Assembly: GCA_951406725.2 (NCBI GenBank) | Contig: OX597836.1 | Span: 496,001-560,000, forward strand | Source: Octopus vulgaris | Taxonomy: Eukaryota | Length of the DNA stretch: 64,000 bases | Direction of reading: 5' to 3' | Part shown: in pieces, positions 13,669 to 25,719 of the stretch | How positions within the stretch are numbered: the first letter of the stretch is position 1 | Layout of the letters: each line of letters opens with the position of its first letter | Program-made: the position numbers and the translations under genes | Notes under the pieces: model-generated | Database searches by the model: none | What the model was told of the DNA's origin: nothing | The model's input: only the letters and a program-made list of their open reading frames with translations

Positions 13669-14416
13669 CGAAATCGAAGTCAAAATCGAATTGAACCAGC
13701 CAGGATCCCTGGTCTGGTGGTACGTAAAAAGCACTATCCGACTTGTGGCCGATGCCAGCGCTGCCTCCACTGGCTTCCGTGCCGGTGGCACATAAAATAC
13801 GCCAATCTGACCGTACACCAGGCACACATGCCAACCCACTTGCTTGAGAAGACAGGTTGGGGCAAGCGAAATCGAATTGAACCAGCCAGGTTCCCTGGTC
13901 TGGTGGTACGTAAAAAGCACTATCCGACTCGTGGCCGATGCCAGCGCCGCCTCCACTGGCTTCCGTGCCAGTGGCACGTAAAATACACCAATCTGACCGT
14001 ACGACAGGCACCCATGCCAACCCCCTTGCTTGCGAAGACATGTTGGGGCAAGCGAAATTGAAATCGAATTGAACCAGCCAGGATCCCTGGTCTGGTGGTA
14101 CGTAAAAAGCACCATCCGACTCGTGGCCGATGCCAGCACCGCCTCGTCTGGCTTCCGTGCCGGTGGCACATAAAATACACCAATCCGACCGTGGCCGTTG
14201 CCAGCCTCGCCTGGCACCTGTGCAGGTGGCACGTAAAAAGCACCCACTACACTCACGGAGTGGTTGGCGTTAGGAAGGGCATCCAGCTGTAGAAACACTG
14301 CCAGATAAGACTGGAGCCTGGTGCAGCCTTCTGGCTTCCCAGATCCCCGGTCGAACCGTCCAACCCATGCTAGCATGGAGAACGGACGTTAAACGATGAT
14401 GATGATGATGATGATG
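13667..14416 (+). repeat. RTE-associated 3' tail element with about three tandem 185-192 bp units, ending in (GAT)n
   Basis: Unit starts (aaatcgaattgaaccagccagg) recur at about 13683, 13869 and 14061. It ends ...aacccatgctagcatggagaacggacgttaaacgatgatgat like the other copies. Confidence 0.85.
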
Positions 14417-14622
14417 TATATACACACATATACATACAAATATGTGTATATATATACTTATATTTACATATGTATATATATACTTATATTTACATATGTA
14501 TATATATATATATGTATATACACACATATACATACAAATATGTGTATATATATACATATGTATATATATATATATATGTATATACACACATATACATACA
14601 AATATGTGTATATATATACTTA

Positions 14623-14715
<93 letters not shown>

Positions 14716-14867
14716 ACATATATATATTTACATACACGAATGCATTTCTACGCACACATACACAAATATATATAACTGTTTATAACACACATGTATATGT
14801 ACATATATATAATTTATTGATATGTAGCAGAAGCATCAGAATGACTCAAGGACTAAGAGTTTCATGA

Positions 14868-15171
14868 TATAATTTTAACCTTTAAAGGTATTTTTTTCCC
14901 AAAAAGTTTCATCGAAAGTGGCAGCCTATTAAAATACCTTTAAAGGTTAAAATTATAAACAACTTATAAATAAGGGCAAAAGAAAAATTATTTCTATGCT
15001 GATAACAGACTTTAAATCGTCAATTTCCACATTTCATTTTACAATCACTATAAATACAGCACAACAAGTATTTATAGTGAATGTCTAATGAAATGTGGAA
15101 ATTGACGATTTAAAGTCTGTTACCAGCATATTGGCATGGAAATTACTTTTCTTTTGCCCCTATTTATAAGT

Positions 15172-15172
<1 letters not shown>
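14868..15172. repeat. Two adjacent AT-rich palindromes (14868-14957 and 14961-15172)
   Basis: First: tataattttaacctttaaaggtatttt...aaaatacctttaaaggttaaaattata. Second: aacttataaata.gggcaaaagaaaa...ttttcttttgcccctatttataagtt, with internal pairing cagactttaaatcgtcaatttccacatttcatt / aatgaaatgtggaaattgacgatttaaagtctg. Confidence 0.85.
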
Positions 15173-15250
<78 letters not shown>

Positions 15251-15335
15251 ATATATATGTTTGTGTATATATATATATATATGTTTGTGTGTATATATAT
15301 ATATGTTTGTATATATATATATCTATATATATGTT

Positions 15336-15464
<129 letters not shown>

Positions 15465-15557
15465 CATACGATATATATATATATGTTTGTATATATATAC
15501 ATACATATATATAAATATATACATAAGATATATGTATATTAATATATATATATTTTT

Positions 15558-17350
15558 TTCGTTTAACGTCCGCTTTCCATGCTAACATGGGTTGGACGAT
15601 TTTGACTGAGGGCTGGCGAACCAGATGGCTGCACCAGGCTCCAATCTTGATCTGGCAGAGTTTCCACAGCTTGATGCCCTTCCTAACGCCAACCACTCCG
15701 CGAGTGTAGTGGATGCTGGCAATGACCTAGCTCAAATCTTTTTACACATGCCACCGGCACAGGTGCCAGTGAAGCGACGTTGGTAACGAGCATACTTGGA
15801 TGGTACTCTTGGCACCCTACTAGCACAGGCATAAGTACCAGTAATGCGACACTGGTAACGATCATACTCGAGTAGCTGCTCTGTTAACAATCACACTTGT
15901 ATGGTGCTCTTTGCACCCCACTGGCACGGATGCCAGTCATCGAATTGATTTTGATTTCCCTTGCCTCAACTGGTCTTTGAAAGCAGAGTTTAGTGATCAA
16001 AGAAGGGAAAGGTATGCATAAGCAGGCTCGTTATGCTCCTAGCATAGGCCACAAGCTATGGTCAAATTTGGCTTGCCGGGTCTTCTCAAGCACAGCATAC
16101 TTCCAAAAGTCTCGGTCGCTAGTCATTTCGTTGGTAAGGTCTAATGTTCGAAGGTCGTGCTTCACCACTTCATCCCAGGTTTTCCTGGGTCTACTTCTTC
16201 CTCAGGTTCCCTCAACCACTAGGGTGTGGCACTTTTTCATGCAGCTATCCTCATCCATTCTTGCCACATGACCATACCAGTGCAGTCGTCTCTCTTGCTC
16301 ACCACATCTGATGCTTCTTCGGTCCAACATTTCTTTCAAGGTACCTACACTCTGTCGAGTATGAACACTGACATTACACTTCCATTGGATCATACTGGCT
16401 TCATTCCTTGTGAGCTTATGCATGTCCTCAGCAGTCACAGCCCATGTTTCACTGCCGTGTAGCATGGCTGTTCATACACATGCATCATACAGTGTACCTT
16501 TTACTCTGAGTGAGAGGCCCTTTGTCACCAGCAGTGGTAATAGCTCTCTGAACTTTGCCCAAGCTATTCTTATTCTAGCAGCTACACTTTCAGTGCACCC
16601 TCCTCAGCTACTGACTTGCTCACCTAGATAACAGAAGCTATCAACAACTTCTAGTTTTTCTCCCTGGAATGTGGCAGAAGTTGGTCTCTGCGCATTTTCA
16701 GTGTTTATCACCCCTGAGCATCTGCCACATACAAAAACTATCTTCCCAGTTAGCCTTCCTTTGATATTACTGCACCTCTTATGTGTCCATAGCTTACAGT
16801 GGGTACATCTTATAGAGTTTCTACCTACGCCTCTACTACAGATCGAGTAGGGCTATCTACCTGAAGGGATTTGAGATTTGTCTACCTTCCTACTTATTAG
16901 AACTTTGGTTTTAGCTAGGTTGACTATAAGGCCCTTCGATTCTAATCCTTGTTTCCACACTCGAAACTTCTCCTCTGGTTCTGATAGTGACTCAGTAATT
17001 AGAGCAAAGTCGTTAGCATAGAGGAGCTCCCAGGGGCATCCTGTCTTGAATTCCTCCGTTATTTTCAGGAGGACTATGATAAATAGGAGGGGGCTGAGTA
17101 CTGAACCCTGGTGGACCCCAACCTCTACCTTGAATCCTTCAGTGTACTTGTTGCCAACCCTTACCTTACTTACACTGCCCCTGTACATGGCTTGCACAGC
17201 TCTCACTAACCATTCATCTATCCCTAGTTTCCTCATTGACCACCAGATAAGGGATTGGGGCACCCTGTCAAAGGCTTTCTCCATGTCAACGAAAGCCAGG
17301 TACAGGGGCTTATCTTTGGCTAGGTATTTCTCCTGCAGCTGTCTTACCAG
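15558..17350 (-). mobile_element. 5'-truncated RTE-clade LINE (pseudogenised RT plus 3' tail)
   Basis: Translates FVDMEKAFDRVP...GVHQGSVLSPLLFIIV...LLYAND...; MLHGSETW...[11 protein letters not shown] with internal stops, followed by the shared 3' tail. Confidence 0.92.
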
Positions 17351-17356
17351 AAATAG

Positions 17357-18998
17357 TAGGGATAGATGAATGGTTAGTGAGAGCTGTACGAGTCATGTAC
17401 AGGGACGCTGTTAGTAAGGTGAGGGTAGGCAACGAGTACAGTGAAGTATTCCGGGTAGAGGTTGGGGTCCACCAAGGTTCAGTCCTCAGCCCCCTCCTAT
17501 TTATCATAGACCTCCAAGCAATAACGGAGGAATTCAAGACAGGATGCCCCTGGGAGCTCCTCTATGCTGATGACCTTGCCCTAATTGCTGAGTCACTATC
17601 AGAACTGGAGGAGAGGTTTCAGGTGTGGAAGCAAGGATTAGAATCAAAGGGCCTTAGAGTCAACCTAGCTAAAACCGAAGTTCTAATAAGTAGGAAGGTA
17701 GACAAATCACAAACACCTTCAGGTAGATGGCCCTGCTCGATCTGTAGAAAAGGCGTAGGTAGAAACTCTATAAGATGCACCCAGTGTAAGCTATGGACAC
17801 ATAAGAGGTACAGCAATGTCAAAGGAAGGCTAACTAGGAAGATAGTTTTTGTATGTGGCAGATGCTCAGGAGCAATAAACACTGAAAATATGCAGAGACC
17901 ATCTTCCGCCACATTCCAGGGAGAAAAACTAGAAATAGTTGATAGCTTCCGTTACCTAGGTGACCAAGTCAGTAGTGGGGGTGGGTGTGCTGAAAGTGTA
18001 ACTGCTAGAGTAAGAATAGGCCGGGCAAAGTTCAGAAAGCTCTTACGTCTGCTGGTGACAAAGGGCCTCTTGCTCAGAGTAAAAGGCAGATTGTATGATG
18101 CATGTGTACGAACAGCTATGCTACATGGCAGTGAAACATGGGCCGTGACTGCTGAGGATATGCGAAAGCTCGCAAGAAATGAAGCCAGTATGCTCTGATG
18201 AATGTGTAATGTCAGTGTTCATACTCGACAGAGTGTAAGTACTTTGACAGAAAAGTTGGACCTAAGAAGCATCAGTTGTGGTGTGCAAGAGAGACGTTTG
18301 CGCTGGTATGGTCATGTGGCGAGAATGGATGAAGATAGTTGTGTGCAAAAGTGGCACACCCTAGCGGTTGAGGGAACCTGAGAAAGAGGTAGACCCAGGA
18401 AAACCTGGGACAAGGTGGTGAAGCACGACCTTCGAACTTTAGGTCTCACCGAGGAAATGACTAGAGACCGAGACCTTTGGAAGTATGCTGTGCATGAAAA
18501 GACCTGGCAGGACAAGTGAGGCCATAATCCCGTGGCCTCTACCTGGGATGTAGCCAGGCCACTTATGCATTCCTTTCCTTCTTGGGACACAAAGCTCCAC
18601 TTGTGAAGACCTGTTGAGGCAAGTGAAAATCAAAATCAAAATCAAAATCGTATTCGATCAACATCAATGGAATTTGTAGCTGTGATACCAGTGCCGGTGG
18701 CACGTAAGAAGCACCATCCGAACGTGGCTGTAGCCAGCGCCACCCTGACTGGCCTCCGTGCCGGTGGTACATAAAATGCACCATCCGATCGTGGCCGTTT
18801 GCCAGCCTCGTCTGGCACGTAAAAAGCACCCACTACACTCACGGAGTGGTTGGCATTACGAAGGGCATCCAGCTGTAAAAACACTGCCAGATCAGACTGG
18901 GCCTGGTGCAGCCTTCTGGCTTCCCAGACCCCAGTTGAACCGTCCAACCCATGCTAGCATGGAAAGCGGACGTTAAACGATGATGATGATGATGATGA
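17357..18998 (+). mobile_element. 5'-truncated RTE-clade LINE (RT, PHD-like Cys cluster, 3' tail to (GAT)n)
   Basis: ORF 17377-18198 contains GVHQGSVLSPLLF, YADD, CSIC...CTQC..WTH..CGRC, FRYLG and HGSETW. The premature TGA at 18196 is CGA in the 31.3 kb copy, consistent with CpG decay. Confidence 0.95.
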
Positions 18999-19016
18999 TA
19001 TATATATATATATATC

Positions 19017-19058
<42 letters not shown>

Positions 19059-19757
19059 TAAACCAGAATTGAAGGGAACTTGTGGTGGTCTATGTCACCT
19101 AGAGTTGTATTGGCAGAAGTAATAGAAAGACTTTGAAGTTGCCATGAGTTGTAGAGTAGCTGTCTTTTTGAACTGAGTTCATTTTCAGGGTAATGAAGAC
19201 AGGTGGCAGTGTTTTACATCCTCTTTCTTGGAATAACCTGGTTGAAACTGATGGGGAACATAAGACAGTATGTAGAGAGGAAGTATTAGAAGAGAGAAAC
19301 TGCTTGAGAATGGGAGAAAAATAAAAAAAGAAATCAAAAGAGGAAGAGTAGCAACTGAGTTTGGGGCAGAAAGTAAAACTGAGGGGAGTTGAAGTTTAAG
19401 AATGGGATTACTTGAACTAAGAGATATAAATGGGATCCATTTCGATCCATGTCACTAATAGGTTCAAATGAACATTTTCCTTTCTACTCCCTACTCATCC
19501 TCTTGGTACAATGACTTGTCTTTTGGCTCCTTCATCTCCTCTCTCACCTCAGTTATTTCCCCCATCTCACCTATTGAATATTTTAACGATAATTATTTGA
19601 TAACATTGTAGGTAGTAATGATATCTGGCGTTTGTTTGTTTGTATGTATGTGTGTGTGTGTGCATGCATGTTTGTGTTTGTGTGTGTGTGTGTGTGTGTG
19701 CATTTGCTTATTTTCCGTTCTTTTGTTAATAGCATAAGAGATATGTTGTTGTCTTAC

Positions 19758-19868
19758 CACTTCTCCCATCTTGTTTTTGGCATATTCGATCCGTATTCCT
19801 CCCCTATCTGATGACAATAGTACAAAACCATGTAGCCTGTTCATGGCTTCAGTTGCTTGTCTCACATC
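19758..19868 (-). CDS. cpo: Internal coding exon of couch potato/MEC-8; C-terminal part of RRM2
   Basis: Minus strand reads cttctctttcttgtttttctAG|gat gtg aga...gga gaa gtg|GTaaga. The exon is 111 nt, phase 0/0, in frame with the 28.5 kb exon. It translates DVRQATEAMNRLHGFVLLSSDRGGIRIEYAKNKMGEV; the DRGG.RIEYA..KM motif is characteristic of MEC-8/cpo RRM2. Confidence 0.94.
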
Positions 19869-21373
19869 CTAGAAAAACAAGAAAGAGAAGAAAACATTAC
19901 TTGAATGCAATTTAGAAGGAAAACGGTAGAAAAATAATAGTGAAAAATAAGCAGACAAGGAGTCAAGCTCTGCATGAGCGAATGAGTGAGTGACGGGTAA
20001 TCAATTGACTCTGAAATGTGAGATCTGTTCACATTTATTTAAGAATTTGATGCTCTGATAGTACAGGAGTGAAATGAACTTATATAGCATGCCATTTACA
20101 ATCCTGCACTCTTTCAGGAACCTGAAAGATTGTATGATAGTATACAGCAGAGCTATACAAACTTCCCCAACTCTTTTGCTGCCAGAGCATCAGCCTTGTA
20201 GTAACTCACATTTAAATTCTGCGTTTATTAAATATCTCTCTTAGGTAGAGCATGTCTTGGAGTACTTTTTCTGTTGATGCCAATAAGAGAATAGTTGGCT
20301 ATATATATATATATACATGTCTCTATCTGTCTGTCTGTCTATCTATCTATCTATATACATACATACATATGCATATACATATATATCTATATGAGTATAG
20401 TAATAGTAAAACCATTGGTCACTCTATGGCCAGATGTGAACATTATCATTTATATATATATATGATGGAATCTCCTGTTGAAGATGACGTATGAGTGTTC
20501 AGTTTTTACTGAACAACCTGCACAAATGATTTATTTGTAGTGATCAAATATTTGAGCTGTACATTAGGTCAATTCCTTCATCACATTGACATTACCTGTA
20601 CAGGTGCATAAATGTGCTGCATGTATTATATATAGAACTTTGTATGATCCAAAGATCCTAGTGTACGAAGTCAGTAAGCTTGAGGCATATATATGGCTGG
20701 TACAGATGGCAAAAAGTGGATGATATACACATTTCCTCTCATTTTGAAATCAATGGACACCTCCTCTTGCTTTCATTTCATCACTCATCCTTACTATTGG
20801 CAACCACTCTTCTATCAACTTGCACCCCACCAAATATCCCAGTCGTTTCCTACCATACTTTCCCCTCGTTCTCACGCCCTTCCCAATCACACATCTATTT
20901 TGGATCTTCTGATATCTTTTCCTCTCCTCTCTCTCTCTCTCTCTTCTGTTCCCTTCCTTTATCACCTTAGTAAATATACATGACCTTGGTTATTGAACAC
21001 TCTCTACTCTTATTCCTGTATGCCTGACCTCCTCTCAACCGGCCAATTCTAGCATTTCTGCTCTCATTGCTCCCATACCTGTTTGCGTTCCTCAATCAAC
21101 AAGCATTACGTTACTGAGTACTCTCTGCATTTACTGTGTACAACATACCCTGTCCCTTCTGCTGGTTCTATAAAAAGACCTCCACCCTGCTCTTCTTCAG
21201 CTGATGAATAGTGAGCAATATTCCCTTACTAATGTTGGTGTCACAAAAATGCACCCACTACACTCTGTAAACAGAAATATATTGATGACGATATATATAA
21301 TTATATTTATACGTATGTATGTACGTGTATATATGTATACGTGTACACAAAGATACACACGTATGTATGTATG

Positions 21374-21417
<44 letters not shown>

Positions 21418-21810
21418 GTAAGTACATACATGTATGTACATACACACACACGCACACAACCGTCACTAGATTTGTATTTCTTGAGATAACATATGGGACA
21501 ACCAATCAATCTAAGTACTTGAATAGACTAAAAAAGAAAGTGATTTAATATCTACCTGTTTACTTGTTTAATCAATAAATGGTCTTGCACAAATATTGAC
21601 AAAAATACATTCGCAAATATTAATCTATGGCTTAGGAAAACTGGGAAAGTTAAACAGAATTGTATGTCTACTACGACTTGCCTAGTGTTTATTTTTCGAA
21701 AGATTGAACTCTACCTGGCGGTATTTGAAAGGAAGACACAAAGAAAGGTATAGAAATCCAAAATGCAAATCTTAATCGTTAGCTAATTAAAGGGAAATAA
21801 CTCTAAAATC

Positions 21811-22133
21811 AATTGCAGCGTGGAAGGTGTTTATAATCCATTTAAAAATACAAAAACCGTTAGATTCATTTCAATATTTAAATTCAATTTGCCAAAATAT
21901 TTTCGTCGCTTTGAAACTGCGACCAGTTCACTGACAAAATTCTGCGCGGCATCACCGAATTTTGTTAGTGAAGAGGTCGCGGTCTCAAAGCGACGAAAAT
22001 ATTTAAATGTTGAAATTAATTTAACGGTTTTTGTGTGTTTTTAAATCGCTTATTAACACCTTCCACGCTGCAATTGTTTTTGTTTTAGCACACAATCTCA
22101 GATCAGGTTACTTGCTATGCAAGTACAACTCCG
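21811..22133. mobile_element. Palindromic element plus tail, flanked by a 13-bp direct repeat; hammerhead-like motif
   Basis: Inverted arms span 21810-22076. taactctaaaatc occurs at 21798-21810 and 22134-22146 (TSD-like). Hammerhead-like fold on the minus strand at 21888-21938. Confidence 0.8.
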
Positions 22134-22518
22134 TAACTCTAAAATCGTTTAAGGGAAATAATTGATCAGACTTGAAGTAGCTATAATTAAAACTGTACGC
22201 AATTTATGAGCATTCAGTTCTTAAGCATCATGTGGATCAAGGTGGTCCCATCAGATACAGTAGCAAACTCTTAATATCTTTCCAGGAGGTACTGTAGACT
22301 AGAATTGTCTTCTCACGTTTTCCTTCTTGATCGTTTTCATAATGATGCTCGCACGGGTCGCAGACGTTGCAAAGGAACTCCGTCTCTACTTCCAATTCCC
22401 CACTGACAGCAGCTTGTTTAACAGTTTTATATTAGGACACTGGAAGACCTCATCTGCGAACAAGTCTATGTTGTCGGTGATGCGTTCTTCTGTGTGTGTG
22501 TGTATGAGAGAGAGATAG

Positions 22519-22592
<74 letters not shown>

Positions 22593-22854
22593 AATTTGTG
22601 CGACATGGTTGCAGGTGTGGCTGCGAGGTAAGAAGTTTGTTTACAAAGTTCAGCTCTGCTCAGTGGCTCTTTGGATAAGTGTCTTCTACTATGGCACCTG
22701 GTCGCTAAAGCTTTGTGATTAGATTTGGCAGATGAAACCCGACGAAAAAGAAAAAAAAAAGGAAAGGGCTCGTCGTGTGTGTTCGCACACAGACACATTT
22801 GGCAAAAGAACTTCTTACAAAACCGTTACGCCTGCAATCATTCTACATACACAC

Positions 22855-23001
22855 ATGTATGTATGTATGTATGTATGTATGTATGTATGCATGTATGCAT
22901 GCATGTATGTATGTATGTATGTATGCATGTATGTATGTATGTATGTATGTATGTATGCATGCATGCATGCATGCATGTATGTATGTATGTATGTATGTAT
23001 G

Positions 23002-23029
<28 letters not shown>
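22855..23029. repeat. (TATG)n/(CATG)n microsatellite
   Basis: Directly visible tetranucleotide array. Confidence 0.97.
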
Positions 23030-23033
<4 letters not shown>

Positions 23034-23370
23034 GCTGGACTCAAGAGTCATCTTCGTAGTCATAAAACGAGACAGATGAGTGACAACCTGGCCACTGGTG
23101 GTGGTGTAACACACCATACTAATCATATTTGTCGGGCATGTGGAAGAGAGTGTAATTCGGCAGGAGGACTTAAACGACATGCAAAGGTACATGAAACCCA
23201 GTTACAACTACAGCCGGCTATTACCGGTAAAGGTTTTAGTTGCCAATTCTGTACAAGACATTGTAGATCTTTAGCTGGGCTAAAAAGTCACATTCGATCA
23301 CAGCACCAATAACAGTTAGGCTTCGTGCTATGGCCATACTCGATAACGAGGGGGCAGCCATAATAATAAT

Positions 23371-23371
<1 letters not shown>
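23028..23371 (+). mobile_element. 3' end of an RTE-type LINE with tandem C2H2 zinc fingers and (TAA)n tail
   Basis: Translates KAGLKSHLRSH...CRACGRECNSAGGLKRHAKVH...CQFCTRHCRSLAGLKSHIRSQH*. It is followed by a short UTR hairpin (ctcgataacgag) and taataataat. It is fused directly to (TATG)n with no splice acceptor. Confidence 0.75.
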
Positions 23372-23446
<75 letters not shown>

Positions 23447-23771
23447 TGTATGTATGCATGTATGTATCTTTGCAACTCCCCCACCACCACCACCTGACAA
23501 CTGGTGCCGGTCTGTTTATATACCCGTAACTGAGCCCTTCAGCCTAAATAACTGATAAAAAAAGTACCAAGCTTAAAAAGAGTAAGTAATTGTGTCAATT
23601 CATACGATTGAAACCTTTTAAGGCGTTGCCCCAGCAACCAGTGGCAGCATCTGCTTTTTTCTGAATCAGCAAATTCTGAGAAGTAGGCTGAAATAAATGT
23701 CAGGGGAATTCCCGAGCGTGGTGACAGCTGGTTAGTTTAAACCAGGGGAAGAATAAAAGAATGTCTGTCTG

Positions 23772-23837
<66 letters not shown>

Positions 23838-24469
23838 GATATTTTTGTCGAACCGCTGTTACAGAGTCGTAAACATACCAACACCGGTTGTCAAGTGGTG
23901 GTGGGTGGACAAGCACAGACACACACACACACACACACACATAGACATCTCTCTCTCTCTCGCTCTCCATATATATATATATAGAAAACACTTGCTGTGG
24001 GACTGAACACAAAGCCATGCGGTTGAGAGGCAGGCTTCTTAGCCCACAACCACGCCTGTACCTATGGAAGTAGAATTATCATTATTGGTTCAGAAGTATA
24101 TTATAATATTTATATTTTGAATCATTAAAAATATTTCGATCGTCACTGTGTTATTAGGCCTGTGCTGGATCAGAATTCTCAGACAATCGCTATTTCTCTC
24201 CATAAGCTTCTCCCGATCCATCCGATTAAGCACGCGCACAATTTGAAGAGAGGGAGGAAAAAAGTAAAAAACTGAAAGATTAAGAAATTAAAGGGAGATA
24301 ATTATCTCCCCAAAATAGTCGCAAGGGAGATAATTCCCACTCATAATCTGGTGGCTATACCTTTCGTACTTAAACCTCAATCACATAGAAATGGTTGTGC
24401 GTATGTGTTTGTGTGTGTGTATAATTTTCATCCAACGTTGTCGACGATAACCAGAACATATATTATAGG

Positions 24470-24885
24470 AAAAGATAGGTCATGGTACGCCAGGTTGTGG
24501 TCGATCAGGCTGATGCGTGCTCGGAAGTTTGTGCCGTAGAGCTGGCCCTGGCGATCTGCTCGGAATGAAAACAAGGTTCTGGACTTGTGCTGCTCACGTT
24601 TTCTTTGTACTCTTTATATTTTGTTCGTAGGAGGCGGCATCTATATTGGTGCAGCTATGCCAGTTAGGGTGGTCTTGAGCTTGCCTTTCCCAGGTGTCGG
24701 AGTTCCTCTGAAAGCACTTCCGTAAGGTTTGAGTGTATCTTTGAAATGCTTTTCCTGCCCACCATGTGTACGCTTGTTTTCTGCGTATTCACTTAAAACA
24801 GTTACTGTGTGTCAGGCATTCTAAAAAAGGTGGCCTGCCCACCCACCTGACCTGCGTTCTCCCCTAGCAATGCGTAAATGCTTGT
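24470..24885 (-). mobile_element. Degenerate RTE-type LINE 3' fragment
   Basis: Minus strand gives Q.RW.GH..RMPD...KRTHGGQEKHFKDTLK...NFRARISLIDH, i.e. RTE ORF C-terminus with a terminal zinc-finger remnant. Confidence 0.7.
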
Positions 24886-24902
24886 CAGATCAGCTTTATG
24901 TA

Positions 24903-25300
24903 TGCGTGGGGTTGCTGTGTGGTGAGCAGCTTGCTTACTAACCACATGGTTCCGGGTTCATTCCCACTGTGTGGCACCTTGGGCATGTGTCTTCTACTGT
25001 AGACTCGGGCCGACCTAAGCCTTGTGAGTGGATTTGGTAGACAGAAACTGGAAGAAGCCTGTCGTATATATGTATATATATATGTGTGTGTCTGCGTATA
25101 TGTTTGTGTGTCTGTGACACGCAAAATCGCTTGACACCCGATGGTGGTGTGTTTACGTCCCCGTAACTTAGCGGTTAGGGAAAAGAGACCGATAGAATAA
25201 GTACTAGGCTTACAAAGAATAAGTCCTGGGGTCAATTTGCTCGACTAAAGGTGGTGCTCCAGCATGGCCGCAGTCAAATGACTGAAACAAGTGAAAGAGA
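24903..25300 (+). mobile_element. Full-length tRNA-derived SINE with internal microsatellite
   Basis: A-box-like TTGCTGTGTGG and B-box-like GGGTTCATTCCC, an internal (TA)/(TG) tract, and a 3' half ending ggccgcagtcaaatgactgaaacaagt. Partial copies lie at about 13530, 22610, 23490, 23850-24060, 29630, 30260, 40945, 50455 and 56060. Confidence 0.88.
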
Positions 25301-25308
25301 GTATATAT

Positions 25309-25355
<47 letters not shown>

Positions 25356-25405
25356 TATACATATATATATATATATATACATATACATACATATATATAT
25401 ATACA

Positions 25406-25494
<89 letters not shown>

Positions 25495-25503
25495 CATACA
25501 TAC

Positions 25504-25540
<37 letters not shown>

Positions 25541-25593
25541 CATACATACATATATATATATATACATATATATATATACATATACATACATAC

Positions 25594-25690
<97 letters not shown>

Positions 25691-25719
25691 CATATATATA
25701 TTTTATTTATTAATATATT

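Noticed and set aside
13667-14230. CRISPR-like repeat-spacer array
   Set aside because: The sequence is eukaryotic, the intervening segments are themselves repeated rather than unique spacers, and there are no cas genes.
17377-18198. 273-aa ORF as a host gene or active RT
   Set aside because: It is a 5'-truncated RTE LINE piece lacking the endonuclease and N-terminal RT, and it ends at a premature TGA.
22725-23312. 195-aa zinc-finger ORF as a host C2H2 gene
   Set aside because: The N-terminal half is SINE plus (TATG)n, the finger part has no acceptor, and it ends in a LINE-like hairpin and (TAA)n tail.
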